DNA of 57,972 nucleotides, filler included, from Diploschistes diacapsis (Eukaryota): NCBI GenBank assembly GCA_023645945.1. It is 4 parts of 4 records of this genome, joined end to end, with 100 filler letters (N's around TTAATTAATTAA, not from the genome) between each part and the next. Parts side by side here need not be neighbours in the genome. Positions count along the whole stretch, not along the records: positions 49,383 to 57,972 come from JALAIB010001125.1; 3 more parts are not named here. One strand, 5' to 3'. Shown piece by piece: positions 49,905 to 57,972 of this stretch (position 1 is its first letter; each line of letters starts with the position of its first letter). The notes under the pieces were generated by a model. It saw only the letters and a program-made list of their open reading frames with translations, ran no database searches and was not told where the DNA came from. The position numbers and the translations under genes were made by a program.

Positions 49905-51069
49905 GGCATAAAGCTTGGGGGTAACGTTAGTAGCATCGACAGCAACCGATCCGCGTGTTCTGGTAGCGAAATATGCTGGGGGTTACAGACAGTCTCGGGC
50001 GAGCTGCAGATCAGGGAATGATGAGTTGCTCTTCAGGGACTGCGCTTCTGACAGGATTCGCAGGAATTGGGTTTGAAGCCCCCATGTGCCGAATTAGAAG
50101 GGTACTTTGTGCGATGGAAATCAGGTGGAACGCCGGAGGTTGTATTCCTCGTCCACTGAGCCCATAAGAGTAAGGGCCGCGTCCGCTGGTTGCATTGTGG
50201 ATAGTAGGTCCTTTTTACGCTTATGCCCACCCCAAGGTGTGCATGCGATCTTTGCTTCTTATGCATCTCTTAGCTTGCTTGGGGCAAATTGGAGACAATC
50301 TCTACTTGTGGAGCAATCGGTTCACAACATGAATTGGGTAAAGCAAGCGATGTTGGAGGAATTCTGAAGCCACGCAGGATGCTGATCTGGAACTCTAGAA
50401 AGGGCCATCAGTGGACTGCGCCTCGTGCATACCAAAGAAGCTGAGTTTTGATCTCGATACGGTAGAAGTGCGCTTGTGGCTACTACTTGTAAGGTCACAT
50501 GGCACGTTTCGAGCCTTCCGTGCTGCATATCATTATGCTGCTGCTGTTGCACAGTCTGATGGCCAATGATGTTGCTCAACGAAGTGCTGGGGGTCTCAAT
50601 CCTAAACCACAATACCATACTGTAAAGCCGCAGTGCAAAAGGTAAGCTTATGGGATCGAACTGTTAAAAGGAACATAACAAGTTGGAGCCCTTCTACAAT
50701 ATTACTTTCCTAATACAGTCATGAACGAAGTGTCTGATATTGCCCACAGCTCCAATTGCTATTGGAACGTATAGCCTGCTGTCTATTGCAGATTCGATAT
50801 GGAGTCGCAGACCTATAGTGCAAATTTACAGTATCCTGAATCGATCTCCTATTGATCATCGTATGCTCTGCTCATTACTCTTCCGAAAATATCTGATATA
50901 GGAAGACGACATCCTCCAAGGCTGCTCTGAAGAAGCGGCCTGTTCGCCGTCCTATTTCTTAGCCCTGATGTCTTTCGCAAAACCTACCCGGCTTGCTGCC
51001 GACGGAATCGCGTGGGATATTACGCTAGAGCTTCCAAACAGGTACGTTCAATCTCGACAAGGACTTTGA

Positions 51070-51560
51070 TCACTGTTCGCCAGGCTTTTTTGTGTTGCAG
51101 CTCACGATCTTGATTTTCTCCGCCTGAATCGTAGAGCCATTATCCAGCTTGAAGTTGACGTCCTTGATCTTGAAAGTCCACACATCGTCGCAAAACCTGT
51201 AAATGTCGAGATGCCCCTTAAAGAAGGCACAGCCATGTTAGCACAGATCTTAACACGAAGTGTGCGGCATCAAGCAGGCGTATCAGCAGTATTCTAGCCA
51301 AATGATATCCTACCTTGAAGATGAGGCGGGCCTTGACTTTGTCGGCTAGAACTTCGGACGCAGCCTTGTCGAAGCGACTGACAACCTTCATTGCAAGCTG
51401 AGGCTCGATGCGCCCCTCTTGAATCATATCATCGAGTGTATCGACGAGTGTCAGGCCGATGCTACGAAGCAAGTCATGTCAGCCCCGCTCCAACTCCTGT
51501 AGATATCACCAAGCTATACCTGCACTGGCGATACAACTCATAGTGGTTCTCAGCTGCCAT
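51070..51560 (-). CDS. TOA2: TFIIA gamma subunit
   Basis: [39 protein letters not shown]...[17 protein letters not shown]...KIKIVSCN; two introns. Confidence 0.96.
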
Positions 51561-51760
51561 GTTTGCCGTATGAGAGATATGGCAACTGGGAGATGAAGAT
51601 GAAGTTGAAGAGAACAAAAGAAGTGAGTCACATCGCTGGCAGAATTGACGCTGTGGAGTTTGCGGAGTTTGCGATGCCAAGAAACTGCGGCTTGAGCAGT
51701 TCGTGATGATGATGCCTGAGTGGCTCGAATAAGTCCAAATACTCTTTCTTCTAACACTGC

Positions 51761-51770
51761 ATATATAAAA
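51761..51770 (+). promoter_or_regulatory. TATA box in the compact (260 bp) divergent TOA2/VMA16 promoter
   Basis: ATATATAAAA about 55 nt upstream of the VMA16 ATG (51821). Confidence 0.45.
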
Positions 51771-51820
51771 CCTGGCTGCGTTGAATCATCTTGCGGCTTC
51801 CAACCTTCAAAAGCGCCTAG

Positions 51821-52628
51821 ATGGGTGCCCTGTCATATGCTGCTGGTGGCGCCACCAGTGCGTTTATCATTGTCGGACTATGTAAGTCATGCTTTCAAGC
51901 AGACACCTTGAGCCCAACTAAGTGCAACCACAGATCTACTATTCACAGGCAGCGGAGAAGCTTTCAACGTGAGACGAACTGACTCTACGACCGAGATGCA
52001 TCATGTTGACTTTGGCTGCCACAGGTTGGGGAATTCCTGCTAAGCATATCACCTTACGCGTGGGCAGACTTGGGCATAGGTCTGTGCATCGGGTTATCGG
52101 TCGTCGGAGCAGCATGGTGGGAGGCCACATGCTTTCGATCCATACGTCTTGTTAACGGATACGGATAGGGGCATCTTTATAACAGGCTCATCGATATTGG
52201 GCGGCGGCGTGCGGGCACCTAGGATACGAACGAAAAACCTGATCTCGATTATCTTCTGCGAAGTTGTCGCCATCTACGGGGTCATTATGGCCATTGTCTT
52301 CTCCGCGAAACTCAAGCTCGTGAGTGGTGACGCGATATACTCCGCCTCAAACTACTTCACTGGCTATGCTCTCTTTTGGGCCGGCCTTACAGTCGGCATG
52401 TGCAATCTCATCTGCGGCGTGTCCGTAGGCATCAACGGAAGCAGTGCAGCGCTTGCCGACGCTGCTGATCCGACACTGTAAGATCGTGATACCCTCCTCG
52501 CGCTCTCTACTGAATATTCCAGGTTCGTTAAGATCTTGGTTATTGAAATTTTCAGTTCCGTGCTCGGATTGTTCGGCCTGATCATTGGCCTCCTCGTCCA
52601 GGGGAAGGCATTCGAATTCCAGGAGTGA
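51821..52628 (+). CDS. VMA16: V-type ATPase proteolipid subunit c''
   Basis: [84 protein letters not shown]; four introns. Confidence 0.96.
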
Positions 52629-52982
52629 AGGGCTCCAGGCTTCCAAAGGTTCAGATTTCGATGCAGGAAAAGGCGTCGACTGGGGTCTTTGTACATGCAT
52701 GTCACCATAGCGGGATTGGGCGTTCAGAGTGTATTATATTAGGAAGGAAGAGGGGATGGGGCTACTTCCTACTGCTAAGGAGCTTCCACCGATGATCCGG
52801 ATGTTAATCAATTTCCTAAATGAATAAGAGCATCACTGTAAACGTATAGCTATATTTCCCATCACCCAAGCCGATAGTTTACATTCAAAACCTATATCAT
52901 AACTCGCTACCGCTACCCGCTTGCTGCCGCTAACCCGCATCCCCGTCTCCCACCCTTCTGCTCTTCTGACCCCTTCGCGACA

Positions 52983-53809
52983 ATGCCTGACGACAACGCC
53001 CTCACCGCAGCCCTAATAATAATATCAGACACCGCATCTAAGGACCCCTCCACCGACCGCTCACGCGCCGCACTCGAGAGTGTTTTCCGCGAGCAAACAA
53101 ACGTGCAATGGACGATCACCAGCTCCCAGATCATCCCAGACGAGGAGGAAACTATCAAAGCCGCTATCGAGTCGCTATGCGACGAAAGCAAGGATCCTAG
53201 GTCAGCCCAGAGGCTCAATTTAATCCTGACTACAGGCGGCACGGGCTTCGCTAAGAAGGATGTGACGCCTGAGGCGGTTGAGCCGCTGCTGCAGAGGAAG
53301 GCGCCGGGGTTGGTGTGAGTACAGTGAGGAGTTCCCTTGGTGGTGAGGTGGCCGTATCTAAGAGAAACGGTGTAGGCATGGTATGCTTGCGAAGAGTTTG
53401 GAGGTTACGCCGTGTAAGTTGGATTGCAACGTATGGGTCGGTTGTTGCTATTGCACTCTCTATCTTTGATACGCTATCTTTCATTATGTAATGGGTCATA
53501 GTGTGCAGTTTTGTTTGTTCGGGGGGACTATGAGATGGCTTTAAGCTGACAACTTGGAAAGTTGCCATGATGTCTCGTCCAGTAGCTGGCGTCAGAAATG
53601 GCGTTGTCATAGTCACTCTGCCGGGTTCACCCAAGGGGGCCAAAGAGAACCTCGAAGCTATCATCAGGCTACTTCCTCATGCCTGTATGCAAGCAATGGG
53701 CGCGGACTCGCGAGCGCTGCATGCAGGGGGAACGAAGAAACTCGAGCAAGAGGCTGGCATTTCAACTTCTTCCTCTCAAGACCATCCCACTGCGACTTCT
53801 TCGGCAGAG

Positions 53810-53841
<32 letters not shown>

Positions 53842-55356
53842 CGGCCACTCTGGCGGCCATGCCATTCCTCGCGCCCATACGCGCCCTGAAGATCGGCCGC
53901 AGTCAAACGATCCCACCGCAGATCCTACGCAACGTCACCGAGAATCCCCTTACCCATTGCTCTCGGTCCAAGAAGCCCTTACCACTATTCTGGATCAGAT
54001 AGGTGACTCGAAGTCCCTGAGGACGATCAAACACGCTGTTGATACCGGAGTGCTCGGCCATATCTTAGTCGAAGACGTCACCGCAAAGGAGGCTGTTCCA
54101 GCCTTTCGCGCTAGCATTGTAGATGGCTACGCTGTTGTCACAGGCGATACTCAACACCCTGTCAAGGGCATTCATCCGGTTGTCTCTGTATCCCATGCTT
54201 CGCCCGGTAATATTCGTCCCATATCTCCGGGTCAGATTGCTCGGATAACCACGGGCGCACCTCTGCCTCCTGGCGCAACGGCGGTAGCCATGGTCGAAGA
54301 CACTGCGATCAAGTCCAAGACTATAGACGGCAAAGAAGAGAAAGAAGTCGAGATATTCACGGATGCCATCCAAGAAGGAGAAAATGTCCGAGAAATAGGC
54401 AGCGACATCAAGGAGGGCTCGATCATCTTGAGGAGAGGAGAGTCACTTGGGCCAGGTGAGATTGGTCTCTTAGCCAGTGTAGGCTGCGCAGAAGTGGAGG
54501 TCTTTAGGAAGCCTGTAGTAGGCATACTCAGTACAGGCGACGAGATCGTCGAGCACGCTCGTTCCGAGCCACTGCGTCTGGGCGAGGTTCGGGATTGCAA
54601 CAGGCCAGCCGTAGCCGCCGTGCTGCGAAGCCGAGGATACGAGGTCAAAGATCTTGGAGTAGCAAGCGACACGTACGCAACCAACCCCATCTCCCCCATT
54701 GTCCTTAATAGCTAACCCTCAAGCAAAGCCCCGGCTCCCTCGAGACCCTCCTCCGCTCCGCCTTCCGCAGTACCGATGTTGTCGTCACCACAGGCGGCGT
54801 CTCAATGGGCGAGCTCGACCTGCTGAAACCCACGCTCGAGCGCTCGCTCGGCGGCACCATCCACTTCGGCCGGGTATCGATGAAGCCCGGCAAACCCACC
54901 ACCTTCGCTACCGTGCCCTTCAAGGACAACGCGGGCGAGCGCATAACGAAAGTCGTCTTCTCGCTCCCAGGAAACCCGGCGAGCGCCATCACCTGCACTA
55001 ACCTCTTTTTACTGCCATACCTCGCCAAGGCCATGGGGGAGAGGCTAGAGGGCACCGTGTCCCGAGCTAGAGATGCAGTAGACGAGTGGAAGCAGTTTGG
55101 CCTGCCGCGTGCGAGAGTCATGCTGGCGGACAAAGTAACATGCGACAAAGCCAGGGAAGAATACCAGCGCGCCGTTGTGACGTTTACACTAGACGGGAGA
55201 ATGAGAGCGACTACAACAGGGGGCCAGCGGAGTTCGAGGGTAGGTAGCTTTCAGAGCGCCAATGCGCTGTTGGTCTTGCCGGCAGGTGGGGGGACGCTGG
55301 AGAAGGACGAGATGGTGGAAGCGCTTGTTATGGGTGAGATACGCTCATTAAAGTAG
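52983..55356 (+). CDS. cnxE: Gephyrin-like molybdenum insertase (MogA/G domain + MoeA/E domain)
   Basis: LILTTGGTGFAKKDVTPEAV, TLPGSPKG, FRASIVDGYA, RITTGAPLP, STGDE, TTGGVSMGELD, MKPGKP, LPGNPAS, GGQRSSRVGS; three introns; poly-His linker. Confidence 0.95.
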
Positions 55357-56912
55357 CAATGGCAATAGCAAGCAATAGCTAGGAGAAGGATAAGGAAGGG
55401 GTGTAAGGCCATGACTCACCCAAGACATACTCGAAACCCGAAGCACGAGAACCTGAAACAGTCTCTTCCTCCTTCTCCTTATTCCCATTGTGCTTTCGAA
55501 TTTCGAAAGCCTGTGCGTTCTTCTTATTTTATTTTCCCGTCTTCCCTATTGTTCCACTACCCTCCAGAAACAAACTGTGTGGGGAGAGTGCACAAGGGTG
55601 TTCACGCCCAGTCAGCACAAACCCTAAGTCTTGGCGCCAGAATTTCCTTTTTGGGACAATAATAGCAGGCGCCGCCCCGCGCACATCCGAACTAATGGTC
55701 TGAAGGACAGTCAACGTTGTTTACTTTAACTCTGTTGTTTTATCTGTGCACTGATTGGCAGAGCTCAGAGAACGCCGCGAGCCTTTTCTATCAGGCTCGG
55801 GGAGAAAAGAGTAGCGTTTGGTAGTCCGACTCCAGGAAAGGGTTGGGAGCCGTTTTATAGGGCTGCCGAGCAGTCACTTGCAGATCAGGAGAAGTTCTCG
55901 GGCGTATCCTACGGGGGCGGCGACAAGAGTTGCCCCATGAAACAAAAAGCATTCTGATTACACAAGAGCCGCAGAAAGCGCTCCATCGGAAAAACTACAG
56001 GAGACCGTTCATTGCCCATAAGAGTTTTTCAGCTACATGGAAGGATTGGGAGCAATGTCATAGGGGCTTTAAGTCCGACAGAAACAAAAATGCCCCTGGT
56101 TGCGAAAGGGCTGGAGGGAGCATTTCCCTTGGGCTGTGGGAGCATTCTGTGCCTACAGCGCCATCTCTTAAGTAAGGGGGGCAATAGGTCCAATGTTTGA
56201 GTCCTTCTCTGCCACGTTAAATTCACGAACTCATAGCTTTCCCGGTCATTCGGTAACACACAACACTTACTTTTCTGCGCTCGACAATAGCATGGCTAAG
56301 TATATATATTATATGCTATTCACATACTAACGGCGCCGAAGCCAGACCTTGGCTATATAAACCCCCCTCCCTATTGTCCCTACTAACCATGTTCTACAAA
56401 CCGCTGTGCCTCAGTCCATATGATGGTAGCGCTCAAGCAGCCGCTGATCCTGCTATTGATATCCAAGCGTTTGAGCTCTATTGTAAGTATTGTGGGCTTC
56501 ATGGGCTATAAGCAACGGGAAAGCAACGGCGAGCAGCAATGCTATTGTGCCCTGCTGCTTGCATACAGGTAGGTAATGCCTCTCTTCTCTCAGTCTTTGC
56601 TTTCTTTTCTTCACGATAGCTTCACCTGTACGGATCTCGACCATCTACTTGCTTTGGCTTCACTGTTCAGCGCTCACGATACCCCATTTTCACGACCGCA
56701 TATTCTCGCTTCAAGCTCGCTGGTCGAGCTCTTTGTTGTCTCCGTCCTCGTACAGAAATCTCGCTCGAAAGCGTTCGCTGCTGTACTAGATACCAGCGCC
56801 AAATCTTGTTGAAGAGCACTCACTTGTAAGTCACTGGATGCCCCGTTTTGACCGACCGGCTCACTGGAACGGCCCAGATTCGGCTCGTTCATACCCCTTT
56901 CGCTACCGCAGA

Positions 56913-57948
56913 GATGCCTACCGGCGCCGATTTCCTCGCGAACGCAACCCCCGCCCTCAAGATCTTTGGAGGCACCGAGAGCGGGCATCTGTACGGTCAG
57001 CGTCACTTCGACGTGACCGCTACTCGCTACTGCGGCTCGGCTCCCCCCATTCTCCCTCCTCCGGTTCGTCCCGCTCGCGCGCCGGCTCCTCCCACTCTCG
57101 ACGCTCGTCCTCCCTTCCCTCCCGGCTTCGGACGTCCCGAAACCGTCGGCCGCGACTCCAGCTTGCCCGCACCGGCAGCTCCCAACGTCGACGAACGCAC
57201 CGTCCAACCCCCGACCCCAGACGCAGACGACTCTCTCCTCGGCAACCCGCGCCTGGCTCCGCACCTCATCCAAGGGCCGTTCCCGGAGCTGCCTCCTCTT
57301 CGTGGAAACCTGCCACCTCCCCGCCGACCGACGCCGGAGCCGCCGCGACCGACAACGCCCCCTCCGCGACCACCGGTCGCGCCCCGCCGAGACGGCCGTC
57401 CGCCCCCGTTCATCCCGACCTACGTCCCACCGCCGATGCCGCCCATCTTCCACCTCGACGCGCGCCGCCGGCCGAGCGCCTCCCTCGCCAACCGCCACGG
57501 CATCGTGCCGTCGCGGCGCCACCTCCCCGACATGCCGCGGGCGCAGGCCGCCTCGCCCGGCTCGCGCCACACGCCGCCGGGCCTGCCGCCGCAGCGCGTC
57601 GTGGGCATCTACCGCGAGCGCCAGCGCCTCGGCTACCGCTGGGTGCGCGCGGTGCACGGCCGCCGCGCCGCCGACCCCCGCGCCGAGCACCGGCTCGCGC
57701 TCGCCCACGCCCAACCACCGCCTCCCCGGCTACGTGGACGCCGAGGCCCGCAGCGCCGAGTGCCAGGCCCTGTTCCCGCACAGGGACTGGCCGCTGCCGA
57801 CGGTCGAGGAGCACCGCCGGCTGATGGATCGGAACGAGAGCCCGTGCGCGGCCGACATGGGGGTCAGGTTCGAGCGGGGCAGGAGGCTGGTGGAGAGGAG
57901 GTGGGAGGAGAGGAGCGAGGCCATGAGGAGGAGCCTGGAGAGCTTTGA
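56913..57948 (+). CDS. Hypothetical proline-rich protein
   Basis: 366-codon open frame (56848-57948) with GC-rich third positions; first ATG at 56913. Low complexity, no family recognised, 3' structure uncertain. Confidence 0.45.
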
Positions 57949-57972
57949 GAGGAGGGCGCGTGCGGGCGCGGG

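Noticed and set aside
56674..57924. Long overlapping ORFs in several frames
   Set aside because: Expected from very high GC content and stop-codon scarcity; not evidence of overlapping genes.
1..57972. CRISPR array, tRNA, rRNA or secondary-metabolite backbone genes
   Set aside because: No repeat-spacer array, cloverleaf, rRNA signature or PKS/NRPS/terpene synthase motifs were seen.

Overview
Gene-dense genomic DNA of a filamentous ascomycete (Pezizomycotina), with short ~50-60 nt GT-AG introns and CTRAY branch points. It consists of four contigs joined by artificial N44-TTAATTAATTAA-N44 linkers (31837-31936, 40562-40661, 49283-49382). Most genes are conserved housekeeping genes: PPE1, DSC4-like, myosin I, mitochondrial RRF, Hsp70 SSB, RSC4-like bromodomain protein, CKS1, DsbA-like protein, LYS9, DUF3807, NAPE-PLD/FMP30, BCS1, two MFS sugar porters, TMEM42-like, TOA2, VMA16 and gephyrin-like cnxE. 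The most notable signal is a 4-exon gene at 17700-18677 (-) that the ORF track only partly captures. It encodes a signal peptide, a Kex2-type repeated propeptide and a ~130-aa mature domain that aligns by eye to CheD/CNF1-family Cys-His glutamine deamidases, making it a candidate fungal secreted deamidase toxin/effector. Other leads are a SIS-isomerase + Zn2Cys6 TF + polyol-transporter trio, a candidate intronic H/ACA snoRNA in a non-coding host transcript, a possible recursive (zero-length exon) intron in SSB, a GC-AG intron after the myosin start codon, a RIP-mutated Mutator-like remnant, and recurrent strand-independent C-rich to G-rich skew switches. All family assignments were made by eye from motifs; no searches were run.
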